A DNA stretch of 64,000 bases from an uncultured beta proteobacterium (GCA_963716855.1 CAVQUV010000015.1:11164-75163), one strand, 5' to 3'. Positions 18,172 through 27,788 are shown, counted from the first letter of the stretch. The notes: generated by a model not told the origin, from the sequence alone. Numbers and translations: made by a program.

Positions 18172-19287
18172 CTATGCCCCGAACACGTACTCGGTGCCGG
18201 TGGACGAGACGATCAGCCGGTCCGCGAGGTCGGTGCGCAGCAGTGCGACGATCGTCGGGCCGGAGCAGTGCATCGGAATGATCACGTCAGGGTCGAGCGC
18301 CTTGAGCTCGGCGATGGTCTTGCGCACGTAGTCGTCGGGCGCCGGGAACAGGTGAAAGCCGCCGAGCGCCGCGTGCACCTTCTTCACGCCCGAGACCTCC
18401 ATGGCCTGGCGCACCGAGTTCACGATGCCGGCGTGGCCGCAGGAGGAAATGACCACCAGGCCCCGGTCCTTCACGTTGAAGCAGGTGGCGTGCTCGTGGA
18501 TGTGCTCGTCGGGAACCGGCTTGCCCTGCGCCTTGGCGTTCGCCGCCGGAATGTCGCAGCCGACTCCATCGCGCTTGAAGTACTCGACCATCGTGTTCGG
18601 CAGCACGGTCTCGAAGCTCGTGCGCTGGATCGTGCCGGTCGTGAACCCGTGGCCGAGGATCACCGTCGGCTGCTCGCAGCTCACGACCCGGATGCGGTAC
18701 TTCTCGAGGTCGCGGCGATCCAGCACGCCCCAGTCGGCGAAGTGCCCGGGTGAGCCCGTCCCCGTCTTGCGCAGGCAGAAGAGATCCTCGCCGCCGATGT
18801 ACATCGGCAGGTCGGCGGGGAGCGAGGCGCGGTACTTCTGCAGGTACCCGATCAGCCCGCCGAAATGGTCGTAGTGGCCGTGGCTGGCGATGAGCGCCTG
18901 CATCTTCGTGCCGTCGACGCCCATGACTTCCATGTTGTTGAGGAGCGCGTTCGGGGTGTAGCCGAAGTCGAGCAGCAGGTTGCGCGTCTCGCCGCCGCTC
19001 TTCGTTTCGATCGCCAGGGACAGGCCCCATTCGTTGTGGAGCGTCTTGCGGACGTCGGTCGGCGACACGAGCCCGGTGCGGCGGGTCTTCACCCACTTCG
19101 AGGTGCCCACGCGCGGCGTGTCGTAGCTCGAGTCGGTGAGCACGCGGATGGTGAGGGTGTCCACGGTCGGCACGCTCGCGAGCCGATTCGATTGCGCGGA
19201 CGCGCGCGGGACAAGGCCGAGCTGCACGAGCGCGGCGGCTGTGGCCGAGCCCAGTACGATCTGCCGGCGACGCGGGTCAAATGCCAT
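18172..19287 (-). CDS. Tat-exported MBL-fold metallo-hydrolase (COG1237-like)
   Basis: 371 aa from MAFDPRRRQIVLGSATAAAL (twin-arginine signal). Metal-binding motif SHGHYDHFGG. GGGGAG lies before ATG 19287. Confidence 0.85.
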   Translation of the reverse strand: MAFDPRRRQIVLGSATAAALVQLGLVPRASAQSNRLASVPTVDTLTIRVLTDSSYDTPRVGTSKWVKTRRTGLVSPTDVRKTLHNEWGLSLAIETKSGGETRNLLLDFGYTPNALLNNMEVMGVDGTKMQALIASHGHYDHFGGLIGYLQKYRASLPADLPMYIGGEDLFCLRKTGTGSPGHFADWGVLDRRDLEKYRIRVVSCEQPTVILGHGFTTGTIQRTSFETVLPNTMVEYFKRDGVGCDIPAANAKAQGKPVPDEHIHEHATCFNVKDRGLVVISSCGHAGIVNSVRQAMEVSGVKKVHAALGGFHLFPAPDDYVRKTIAELKALDPDVIIPMHCSGPTIVALLRTDLADRLIVSSTGTEYVFGA

Positions 19288-19431
19288 GGTGGCTCCCCTT
19301 TGAAGTTGTACGAAAAGATGCGGCATTCTTCTCCACCGGACGGACAGGCGCAAGCGGCCTAGAACCGCTCTCCTCGGTCCACAGCGGGCGCGCCAGGACG
19401 TTGCGGCGCAATTTCCTGGCCCGCTTGGACG

Positions 19432-20214
19432 TCAGCGCGAGAACGCGGGCTTACGCTTCTCGACGAACGCGCGCAGCCCTTCCTGCCCGTCGGCGTGCGC
19501 GCCGCACGCGGCGAGCGCCTCGCGCTCGCGCTCGAGCTGCGCCTCGAGCGGCGTGTCGAACGCGTCGCCGAGCAGCCGCTTCGACAGTCCGTACGAGTGC
19601 AGCGAACCGGCGGCGATGCGCTCCGCGAGCGCTACCGCCTCGTCGACCGCGGCGCCATCGCCGACGACCTTCGTGGCGAGCCCCCACTCGAGCGCCTGCC
19701 GGGCCGGAATCGGCGGATCCAACGCCACGATCTCCAGTGCGCGGGCGGCGCCGACGAGACGCGGCAGGGCGAAGGTGCCGCCGCCGTCGATCGACAGTCC
19801 GCTCGCCGTGTACGCCTGCCGCAGCACCGCCGACTCCGCCATCACCCGGAAGTCGCACGCGAGCGCGAGCGAGAATCCGCCGCCGGCCGCGACGCCGTTG
19901 AGCGCGGCGACGACCGGCTTCGCCATGCGCCGGATCTCCAGCACCGCCAGATGGAAGCGTGCTGCGAGCGCGTGAAAAGCGCCGGCCGCCCCTTGCGGAT
20001 GCGCGGTCACCCAGCGCAGGTCGCCGCCCGAGCAGAAGGCTTTCCCCGCGCCGGTGATGACGACGCCGCGCACGCGCTGGTCGCCCGAGAGGGCGGTCAG
20101 GTGCTCCACCAGCGCGTCGACCATTTCCGAGTCGAGAGCGTTATAGGCCGCCGGTCGGTTTAGCACGAGCTTCGTGATCGCACCGGCTTTCTCCACCTTG
20201 ACCGCTTCGCTCAT
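19432..20214 (-). CDS. enoyl-CoA hydratase/isomerase family protein
   Basis: 260 aa with AFCSGGDL and GVAAGGGFSLALACD. The start forms an ATGA overlap with the upstream ligase stop. Confidence 0.9.
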   Translation of the reverse strand: MSEAVKVEKAGAITKLVLNRPAAYNALDSEMVDALVEHLTALSGDQRVRGVVITGAGKAFCSGGDLRWVTAHPQGAAGAFHALAARFHLAVLEIRRMAKPVVAALNGVAAGGGFSLALACDFRVMAESAVLRQAYTASGLSIDGGGTFALPRLVGAARALEIVALDPPIPARQALEWGLATKVVGDGAAVDEAVALAERIAAGSLHSYGLSKRLLGDAFDTPLEAQLEREREALAACGAHADGQEGLRAFVEKRKPAFSR

Positions 20215-21803
20215 CCGTCTCTCCTCGCAAGGGAAGCCTGCGCGAGTTCGCGCAGCTTCGACTTCTGGATCTTGGTCGCATTGGCACCGGGCGTCACCGG
20301 GAACGCGTCGATCCGCTCCACGCGCACCGGCACTTTGAACTTCGCGAGGCGCTGCGCGCAATGGTCGATCAGCGCAGCCGCGTCGAAGCGCGCACCCGGC
20401 TTCACGATGACGAACGCGAACGCCTTCGTGCCCGCGGGCGTGTCGACGCCGACGACCTGCGCGGCGGCCACCGCGGCCTGCTCCTGCAGCACGTCCTCGA
20501 TCTCCGCCGGGCTCACGAGGAACCCGCCGAGCCGCAGCGCGTCGCCCAGGCGCGCGAGGAACACGAACGCGTCGTCCGCGGTCGAGTACCCGAGGTCGCC
20601 GGTGCGCAGGAACCCGTCGTCGGTGAAGGCGGCGCGCGTCGCCGCCTCGTCGCCGAAGTAGCCGACCATGCAGCTCGGCACCTTCAGCTCGAGCTCGCCC
20701 GCGACGCCGTGCGGCTGGATCGTGCCCGACTCCGGATCGCGCGCGCGCACGCGCCCCGCCGGCGCGACGCAGCGCCCGCCGGCGAGCACGCGCTCGGCGA
20801 ACGGCGCCGCCTCGCTCTGGCGCGCCATGAGGGCGTGCACCTCGCTCATGCCGTAGAGGCCGACGACGGTGAGCCCGCGCGCCTCGGCGCGCTGCGGAAG
20901 GTCCGCATGCGCCGGCGAGAACGACGCGTAGCCGAAGTACTTCGCGCCCGGGAATGCCGGCGTGCCCGGCACCGCCTCGAGCATGCGGCCGATCATCTCG
21001 TCGCTCGCATGCGTGTGGGTCACGCGATGCCGCAGCACCGCCTGCGCGGATTCCGCTGCATCGAACGTCGGGTACATGACGATCGGCGCGCCGGCCGCGA
21101 GCGCGCCCATCGCGTTGGTGAAGCCGAACACGCCGCAGAGCGGTGCCGTGACCAGCACGCGCGTGTCCGGCGCTGCGTAGCCGAAGCCGCGCGCGACGTC
21201 GTGCGCGTGACGCAGGACGGTGCGCTGATCGTGCAGCACGAATTTCGGCGCCTTCGTGGTGCCCGAGGTCGTGAAGATGACGCAGCCCGACTCGGGCCGG
21301 CCCGCTTCCTCCCGCATCGGCTCGCGCTCGACGAGCGCGCGATACGGGACGACCCGCCGCTCGTGGACGCGGTCGGGCACGGGCTCGTCACCTTCCGCAT
21401 ACGCGACGACGTGCGTCAGCGTCCCGAGCGCACCGGGATCGCACTCGGCGAGAATCCCGGCGAAGTCGATGTTCCGGAATCCCGGCCAGAACACGATCGC
21501 CTTGCACCCTGCCCGCCCGACGATGTCCTGCACCTCGTGGCTGCGGAAGCGCGTGTTGACCGACACCGCGATCGCGCCGAGCCGGCCGCACGCGAAGAAC
21601 GTCGCGAGCCAGGCGGGGAGATTGGGCAGCCACAGCGCGACGCGATCACCGGCGCCGACGCCGATCGAACGCAACCCCGCGGCGAGCCGCGCCGCTTCGT
21701 CGGCGAGCGCGGCATGCGTGACGGGGCGATCGCGATTGAGGAGCGCCGGCCCCTGCGCGTGTCGCGACGCGAGCGCGTCGAGGAACGCGGCGAGCGAGGT
21801 CAT
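20211..21803 (-). CDS. AMP-binding acyl-CoA synthetase/ligase
   Basis: 530 aa with FTTSGTTKAPK (the AMP-binding P-loop), GDLGY and a C-terminal KFKVP...K motif. Confidence 0.9.
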   Translation of the reverse strand: MTSLAAFLDALASRHAQGPALLNRDRPVTHAALADEAARLAAGLRSIGVGAGDRVALWLPNLPAWLATFFACGRLGAIAVSVNTRFRSHEVQDIVGRAGCKAIVFWPGFRNIDFAGILAECDPGALGTLTHVVAYAEGDEPVPDRVHERRVVPYRALVEREPMREEAGRPESGCVIFTTSGTTKAPKFVLHDQRTVLRHAHDVARGFGYAAPDTRVLVTAPLCGVFGFTNAMGALAAGAPIVMYPTFDAAESAQAVLRHRVTHTHASDEMIGRMLEAVPGTPAFPGAKYFGYASFSPAHADLPQRAEARGLTVVGLYGMSEVHALMARQSEAAPFAERVLAGGRCVAPAGRVRARDPESGTIQPHGVAGELELKVPSCMVGYFGDEAATRAAFTDDGFLRTGDLGYSTADDAFVFLARLGDALRLGGFLVSPAEIEDVLQEQAAVAAAQVVGVDTPAGTKAFAFVIVKPGARFDAAALIDHCAQRLAKFKVPVRVERIDAFPVTPGANATKIQKSKLRELAQASLARRDG

Positions 21804-21809
21804 CGCCGG

Positions 21810-22952
21810 TCAGGCGTGCGCCGGCTGGGCCCGGAGGGCGACCGGCGCGTACGCCGTGCGCGACGGCACGTCGGGCGCGACATGCATCACGCCCGCCGCG
21901 AGCTCCATGATCACGGAGGCTACCGACTCGATGCGCGCCTCCTCGGGAAGCGCCGGATCCGGCTCGCGGCTGATCGCGCGATAGCCGTCGGCCTGGTCGC
22001 GCAGCATGCGCTGCAGTTCGGGGACGCCGAGCTTTGCGGGCATCGCGCCGACCAGCGCGTGCGCGCGCTCGAGGCGCGGGATCGAGCTGAGGCTGGGCGC
22101 GAGCGTCGCCTCGCGCGACTGCGCGGCCGGCGCGAGGAAGTGATTCGTGTGGCAGAGCGTCCCGCCTTCCGCCGGCACGGCGTACAGGCCGGACGGCGCC
22201 AGCTCGAGCGCCGCGGCGTTGCCGCCTGCGTCCGCGCAGAGAATGTTGGACGAGCCGCCGAACCTGAGCTTCGACGCGAAGGCGATTGCGTCCTTAACGC
22301 CGCCGCGCTTGAGCAGCGCGCGCAGCAGGACGTGCACCGGCACGCCCGGCTGCTTGCCGTCGTTCTGCGAGCGCAGGATGTTCAGGCACACGCCGAAGCC
22401 GCGGTCGTTGAAGCCGATCTTTGCGAGCATCCCCGCCTCGGTCAGCGTGAGGCAGTGCGAGCTGTCGGACTCGCGGATGCGCGCGAGCACGAGCGCGCCG
22501 CGCTGCGCCCCGAGCCAGTCCCAGTTCTGCGCGAGCAGCGTCGCGCCGGTCGCGCTCGCGGCCGGCCGCACGGCAATCGCGGTGCACTCGCCCCAGTCGG
22601 GCACGCCGGCGGCGACGTTCGCCGCCGCGATGCCTTGCCAATCGGGATGCGGCTCACCCGGATAGGTCGGCGGCAGGATCTCGGTGCGCGAGTTGAGCGC
22701 GAGAATCTCGTTCACGTGCCGGCCGGCACCTGCGGCGATGCCATCAATCTCCGCGAGCAGCTCCGCGTCGAAGTCGCCGACCGGGTCGCGATAACGCGCG
22801 CCGAGCGCCTGCGCACCGCGCCAGTCGATGCCGCAGAAGGCGAAGAGCCGGGCGTACGTCGCGATGGAGCGCTCGACGCGGGCGCGCGCCTGCGTGCCGT
22901 GGATGCGCCCGCGCTCGAAGGCGCTGCCTGCGAGATCGATGATGGGAAACAT
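21810..22952 (-). CDS. C45-family peptidase / acyl-CoA:6-APA acyltransferase-like Ntn hydrolase
   Basis: 380 aa. N-terminal GSAFERGRIHG, a candidate nucleophile Cys in WGECTAIAV, and NWDW. Confidence 0.75.
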   Translation of the reverse strand: MFPIIDLAGSAFERGRIHGTQARARVERSIATYARLFAFCGIDWRGAQALGARYRDPVGDFDAELLAEIDGIAAGAGRHVNEILALNSRTEILPPTYPGEPHPDWQGIAAANVAAGVPDWGECTAIAVRPAASATGATLLAQNWDWLGAQRGALVLARIRESDSSHCLTLTEAGMLAKIGFNDRGFGVCLNILRSQNDGKQPGVPVHVLLRALLKRGGVKDAIAFASKLRFGGSSNILCADAGGNAAALELAPSGLYAVPAEGGTLCHTNHFLAPAAQSREATLAPSLSSIPRLERAHALVGAMPAKLGVPELQRMLRDQADGYRAISREPDPALPEEARIESVASVIMELAAGVMHVAPDVPSRTAYAPVALRAQPAHA

Positions 22953-22979
22953 GCTTCGAGCTTACGCCATGTGGCGCCT

Positions 22980-23675
22980 CTACGGCGCGCGGAGGTCCGC
23001 GTTCGTCAATGCGAAATCGAGCCGATAGGCGCCGGCGACCGCGCCCGGCGCGACGCCGTGCTCGGCGAGCGCCGCGGCCCCGAGCTCGTGGTCGGCCAAT
23101 TTCGATACCACCTCCGGCTCGTAGCCGTGCACGAGCAGCACCCAGTCCGCCATCGCGTCGCCGCCGCGCATGCGCTGCTCTTCCGTCTGTGGCGGCATGA
23201 CCTGCGACTGGGCGACGAGCAGGTGCGCGGCTGCGAGCCCCGGTCGCCGGGCGAGCTCGGGCAGCACGGTGTCGACGAGCCGGACGCGCAGGCGATCGGC
23301 CTGTCCCGGCCGCGGGGAGAGCCGGACCGTCAGCAGCGCGGCGCCGACCCCTGCGCCGGCGCTGCCCACCACTTGGCAGGGGGTTCGCACCATGTTGCGA
23401 TGGTGCGGTGTGAGCTTGCGGGACCAGGGCGTCGGCTGGTTCAGTCGCTCGAGGTAGGCCTGGGAGGAGAAGACCCGCAGCGATTCGAGCTCGTACATGA
23501 TGAAGTGGCTCGCGCCGGCGCCGCCGCCGCACCACCGCGTCCCGCGCAGAAAGCCGGGGATGCCCAATCGCTCGGGCATGTGCTCGTGCGTGTGCCAGTC
23601 CCCGAGCTCCGGAACGATCTCCGGCACGAAATCGGCCCACATCGCGATTGCGGCATCTCCGAGCAGACCCATCAC
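22980..23675 (-). CDS. hypothetical protein (possibly a tandem ferredoxin-like/EthD-like fold)
   Basis: 231-aa ORF sitting in the operon between the FAD oxidase and the C45 gene. WADF...EFxxWHTHEHMPERLGIPGF resembles small alpha/beta-barrel stress/EthD-type proteins. The function call is weak. Confidence 0.55.
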   Translation of the reverse strand: MMGLLGDAAIAMWADFVPEIVPELGDWHTHEHMPERLGIPGFLRGTRWCGGGAGASHFIMYELESLRVFSSQAYLERLNQPTPWSRKLTPHHRNMVRTPCQVVGSAGAGVGAALLTVRLSPRPGQADRLRVRLVDTVLPELARRPGLAAAHLLVAQSQVMPPQTEEQRMRGGDAMADWVLLVHGYEPEVVSKLADHELGAAALAEHGVAPGAVAGAYRLDFALTNADLRAP

Positions 23676-23753
23676 TTCCTCACTGTTTCAATGTGTGTCG
23701 CGGGCTGTTGCCCGGTCGTGCGCCAGGTTCGCGTCCCGTAAGGCGGGTCTGCG

Positions 23754-25316
23754 TCAGAACCGCTCCAGCTCAGGGAACGGGAGCCGCCCGTGCCGCACGT
23801 GCATCCGGCCGAACTCCGCGCAGCGCGCGAGGGTCGGCACCGCCTTGCCCGGGTTCAGCAGGCCCGGCGGATCGAAGGCGCGCTTGACGGCGAAGAACGC
23901 GCCGAGCTCGCCCGGCGAGAACTGCGCGCACATGGCGCCGAGCTTCTCGACGCCCACGCCGTGCTCGCCGGTGACCGTGCCGCCCAGCTCCACGCACTTG
24001 CGCAGCACCTCGTCGGCGAACGCTTCGGTGCGGTGCAATTCGGCGGGATCGCTGGCGTCGAAGAGGATGACCGGGTGCAGGTTGCCGTCGCCCGCGTGGA
24101 ACATGTTCAGGCAGCGCAGGCCGTGCTTCTTCTCCTGCCCGGCGATGAACCGCAGCGCCTCCGAGATGCGGCGGCGGGGCACGCTGCCGTCGAGCACGTA
24201 GTAGTCGGGCGAGAGCCGCCCGATCGTGCCGAGCGCCGCCTTGCGGCCGGCCCAGAGGCGGGCGCGTTCCGCGTCGTTGCCCGACACGTGGATCCCGGAG
24301 GCGCCGGCGCCCCGGAGCACCTCGGTCATCCGCGCGATCTCCTCGTCCACCTCCTCCGGCGTGCCGTCCGACTCGCAGAGCAGCACCGCCGCGGCGTCGA
24401 GGTCGTAGCCGGCGTGCACGAACTCCTCCACCGCGCGCGTGGTGGCCTGATCCATCATCTCCAGCGCGGCGGGGATGATGCCCGCCGCGATCACGGCGGC
24501 CACCGCATCGCCGGCGGCGTCGACCTCGCTGAACGAGGCGAGGATCACGCGGGCGAGCGTCGGTTTCGGGAGCAGCTTGAGCGTCACCTCGGTCGCGATC
24601 GCGAGCATTCCCTCGGAGCCGTTGATCAACGCGGTCAGGTCGTAGCCGGGGGCATCGAGCGCGGCTGAGCCGAGCTCCACGGTTTCGCCCTCGATCGTGA
24701 TCGCGCGGATGGCCATCACGTTCTGCGCGGTGAGGCCGTACTTGAGGCAGTGAACGCCGCCGGCGTTCTCGGCGACGTTGCCGCCGATCGTGGAGGCGAG
24801 CTGCGACGCCGGATCCGGCGCGAAGAAGAGACCGTAGGGCGCCGCCGCTTCCGACACTGTGACGTTGCGTACGCCGGGCTGGACGACGGCGATGCGCGCG
24901 ACCGGGTCGATGCGCAGGATGCGGTTGAACTTCGCGAGCGCCAGCAGGACCCCCGAGGCGTGCGGCGTCGCGCCGCCCGAGAGGCACGTGCCCGCGCCGC
25001 GCGCCACGACCGGCACATCCCGCTCGCGACAGGTCACGAGCGTGCGACGCACCTGCTCCTCGGTCTCGGGCAGCACCACGCACAGCGGCGTCTGGCGGTA
25101 CGCGGTCAGGCCGTCGCACTCGTAGGGGCGGGTGTCCTCGTCGACGTACAGCAGGCAGTGCGCCGGCAGGAACCCGCGGAGAGCGTCCACGACGGCGCGC
25201 TTGTGGGCCGCGTCGGGCCGGCGATGGATGTCCGCGTGACGGAGTGTGGGACCGTCGTCTGCCGTGTACGCACGGTCGGGCGCCTGCACCGGCGTGGCGC
25301 CCGAAGCAGCGGTCAT
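23754..25316 (-). CDS. FAD-linked oxidase (GlcD/D-lactate dehydrogenase-like)
   Basis: 520 aa with an FAD_binding_4-type N-domain (VVARGAGTCLSGGA) and a C-terminal GTVTGEHGVG. No glcE or glcF partner genes in the window. Confidence 0.9.
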   Translation of the reverse strand: MTAASGATPVQAPDRAYTADDGPTLRHADIHRRPDAAHKRAVVDALRGFLPAHCLLYVDEDTRPYECDGLTAYRQTPLCVVLPETEEQVRRTLVTCRERDVPVVARGAGTCLSGGATPHASGVLLALAKFNRILRIDPVARIAVVQPGVRNVTVSEAAAPYGLFFAPDPASQLASTIGGNVAENAGGVHCLKYGLTAQNVMAIRAITIEGETVELGSAALDAPGYDLTALINGSEGMLAIATEVTLKLLPKPTLARVILASFSEVDAAGDAVAAVIAAGIIPAALEMMDQATTRAVEEFVHAGYDLDAAAVLLCESDGTPEEVDEEIARMTEVLRGAGASGIHVSGNDAERARLWAGRKAALGTIGRLSPDYYVLDGSVPRRRISEALRFIAGQEKKHGLRCLNMFHAGDGNLHPVILFDASDPAELHRTEAFADEVLRKCVELGGTVTGEHGVGVEKLGAMCAQFSPGELGAFFAVKRAFDPPGLLNPGKAVPTLARCAEFGRMHVRHGRLPFPELERF

Positions 25317-25344
25317 GCTGCGAAGCCTTCTACGCTCACCGGAC

Positions 25345-25836
25345 CTATGCTTTCGCTTGCACCGCTCGCAGCCGGCGCAGCTGCAAGACGAGGCCCACGA
25401 CGAACAGAAGCAGCAGCACGCCGTAGATCGGACCGAAGGCCGGCGCCTCGGCCGACGGCAGAACCGGCTGGCTGGGCGGCAGGCGAGTCAAGGACTCCGT
25501 GAAGCCCGGAATCATGTGGAAGAAGATCGTCGTGGAGTAGCTGATGGCCTGCACGTAGCGCGACCAGCGACCGAACAGACCGGTGACCGCCGCAACGGTG
25601 CCGACCGCCAGCGCCAGCAGCGTGAGGATGGACAGGGCGTGCGGCGGTCCGAAGCCGCCGTGCTGGAAGATGCCCAGGCCGGTGAGCGCGGTGAGCAGCG
25701 TGGCGATCAGGTACGTTCGTCCCAGTAGATTCCGCGTCGAGATTTCCTTGTAGCGGGCAAGCGCCCAGAAGCCGCTGACGACCGCGACCAGGCTGATGGC
25801 GGTATGGACGACTCCGAGCGTGGTCAGGCCGAGCAT
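25345..25836 (-). CDS. hypothetical 4-TM membrane protein
   Basis: GAGGAG lies 6 nt before ATG 25836. Four hydrophobic segments. 28-bp spacer to the FAD oxidase gene. Confidence 0.6.
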   Translation of the reverse strand: MLGLTTLGVVHTAISLVAVVSGFWALARYKEISTRNLLGRTYLIATLLTALTGLGIFQHGGFGPPHALSILTLLALAVGTVAAVTGLFGRWSRYVQAISYSTTIFFHMIPGFTESLTRLPPSQPVLPSAEAPAFGPIYGVLLLLFVVGLVLQLRRLRAVQAKA

Positions 25837-25980
25837 CAAGATCTCCTCTGTAGGGATGGGAGTGGATCCGAGCATCCGCCGACAACGACACGCCAGACGC
25901 CTACGGACCTTTGCAGGAACTGGACTGGTTCCACTCGCCGTCTGTAATGGCTCGGCGGGGAGTGAAGTCGAGGTCGCCTG

Positions 25981-26367
25981 CTAGCGCTTGCGTTTTCCGG
26001 CGGCGCGCTTGACCGCGACGCGCTTGGTCTTGCGCCGAGCCGGGGCGGGGCGCTTCTTCGCGGCTTTGGGCGCCGCCATCCGTGCGACGACCTCGCCCGA
26101 CACGGGATCGGTCACGCCGAGCCCGCCACCGAGGTCTTCCAGCAGGCCGCGGAGCTCGTCCAGGATCGCGATCATCTGCGGACGCGCGGCCACAAGGCTC
26201 TGGAAATTCCGCCACTCGCCGACCATGCAGAAGGTCTGGTCCCCGGTCCTGATCAGGCTTCCCCCGAGAAAGCCCTTGAACCCGGGTCGCACCTTGCGAT
26301 GCGTCTCGATGAACTGCTGCTCGCTCCCAGGTTTCACGCGGAAGCGCACGACATTGAACGCCGTCAT
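25981..26367 (-). CDS. ABM/ferredoxin-like-fold protein with Lys/Arg/Ala/Pro-rich C-terminal tail
   Basis: The N-terminal ~95 aa resemble small antibiotic-biosynthesis-monooxygenase-like proteins. The tail reads AAPKAAKKRPAPARRKTKRVAVKRAAGKRKR. Confidence 0.65.
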   Translation of the reverse strand: MTAFNVVRFRVKPGSEQQFIETHRKVRPGFKGFLGGSLIRTGDQTFCMVGEWRNFQSLVAARPQMIAILDELRGLLEDLGGGLGVTDPVSGEVVARMAAPKAAKKRPAPARRKTKRVAVKRAAGKRKR

Positions 26368-26530
26368 GTTATCCCTCCGTTTGTCACTGCCCCGACACGA
26401 GCTTCGCCGGCCCTGCTCCGGGAGCGCCGCGCTGTTCTGGCGTCAGGCGCGTTCCGATTGCAGATCGTCTTTGATCATACTCTTGCGGTTGCACGCCTTG
26501 CCGATGCCCAATTGCCCGCACGAACCTGCG

Positions 26531-27055
26531 TCAGTCCCCGCCGGTGCGCTCGTACCGCAACTGCACGAGCCCACTCGGAAACGTCCGCGCGCCCTCGAAC
26601 CGCAATACGGTCTCGCGCCCGTTGACTGGGAACAGGGGAATCCCCGATCCGAGCAGCACTGGATGGATCGAGACGATGTACTCGTCGATCAGGCCCGCAG
26701 CGAGGAACTCGCGCGCGAGTTGCGCCCCGCCGACCAGCCAGATGTCCCGCCCCGGCTGCGCGCGCAAGCCCGCGACGAACGCGCTCACGTCGCCCGCGAC
26801 GAACTCGGCGTGCTCGTCTCGCGTCCCGGCCCTCGACCTGGAGAAGACGTACGCCTTCTTGCCGGAAAACGGATACGCGCTGTACGACAGCGGCAGCTCG
26901 TAGGTCGTCCGGCCCATGACGACCGTGTCGATGGTCGAGTAGAACGCCGCGTAGCCGTAGTCGGCGTCGTGGAACAGCCAGCCGATGCTGCCGTCGGTGC
27001 GCGCGATGTAGCCGTCCAGGCTCGACGCGACGTAGTACCGGACCCGGCGCATCAC
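26531..27055 (-). CDS. dihydrofolate reductase-family protein (RibD C-terminal domain-like)
   Basis: VASSLDGYIA, DTVVMGRTTYE and IWLVGGAQLAREFL. Confidence 0.85.
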   Translation of the reverse strand: MMRRVRYYVASSLDGYIARTDGSIGWLFHDADYGYAAFYSTIDTVVMGRTTYELPLSYSAYPFSGKKAYVFSRSRAGTRDEHAEFVAGDVSAFVAGLRAQPGRDIWLVGGAQLAREFLAAGLIDEYIVSIHPVLLGSGIPLFPVNGRETVLRFEGARTFPSGLVQLRYERTGGD

Positions 27056-27059
27056 GGCC

Positions 27060-27788
27060 TCAGCCGCGCTGCTTCACCAGCGGCCCGGTGAGCGACGACA
27101 ACGACACTCGCTGGTTCCCCTGCGCGTCGAAGTTCGCCGGATCGAGCCACCGCTCGAACGCCGCGCGCAGCGCGGGCCACTCGCCGTCGATGATCGAGTA
27201 CCACGCCGTGTCGCGAGTGCGGCCCTTGTACACGAGTGCCTGGCGGAACAGCCCTTCGTACGAGAGGCCGAGGCGCTGCGCGGCCGCACGCGACGGCGCG
27301 TTGAGCGAATCGCACTTCCACTCGTAGCGCCGATACCCGAGCTCGAACGCGCGCTTCATCATCAGGTACATCGCCTCGGTCGCCGCGGGCTTGCGCTGGA
27401 GCAGCGGCGAGTAGTTGATGTGCCCGACTTCGATCACGCCGTTGCCGGGATCGATGCGCATGAAGCTCGCGACGCCGACCGCCTTGCCGCTCGCGTGATC
27501 GACGATCGCGTGGAAGAGCGGATCGTCGCCCCGGCAGAACCCGTTCAGCCACTCGAAATAGGCGTCGCGCGTTGCGAACGGGCCGCCGGACAGGTAGGTG
27601 AAGTTCCGCCCGTCCTTGTCGAGCGCGTTCGCCGCGTACAGATCCGCGCCGTGCCGGTCCGGATCGAGCGGCTCGACGCGGCAGAACCGCCCTTCCATCG
27701 GCGTGCGCGGCGGGCGCGGTCGCGCCTTCCAGTCGGGCAGCGGCGCGCCGACCGGCTGGCCGAGCGCGTTGCGAAAGAGCGAGGTCAT
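27060..27788 (-). CDS. GNAT-family N-acetyltransferase (RimJ/RimL-like)
   Basis: 242 aa with GVIEVGHINYSPLLQRKPAATEAMYLMMKRAFELGYRRYEWKCDSLNAPSRAAAQRLG. Confidence 0.85.
   Translation of the reverse strand: MTSLFRNALGQPVGAPLPDWKARPRPPRTPMEGRFCRVEPLDPDRHGADLYAANALDKDGRNFTYLSGGPFATRDAYFEWLNGFCRGDDPLFHAIVDHASGKAVGVASFMRIDPGNGVIEVGHINYSPLLQRKPAATEAMYLMMKRAFELGYRRYEWKCDSLNAPSRAAAQRLGLSYEGLFRQALVYKGRTRDTAWYSIIDGEWPALRAAFERWLDPANFDAQGNQRVSLSSLTGPLVKQRG

Noticed and set aside
20361-23741. Very long ORFs in the track. Examples are 20361..23741 (+, 1126 aa), 37272..40658 (+, 1128 aa), 14000..16738 (+, 912 aa), 33302..35551 (-, 749 aa) and 3634..4704 (-).
   Set aside because: They are Arg/Ala/Gly/Pro-rich, low-complexity, and antisense or out of frame to ORFs with clear family similarity. 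Stop-poor shadow frames of this kind are expected in DNA with about two-thirds G+C. None shows a recognisable domain.
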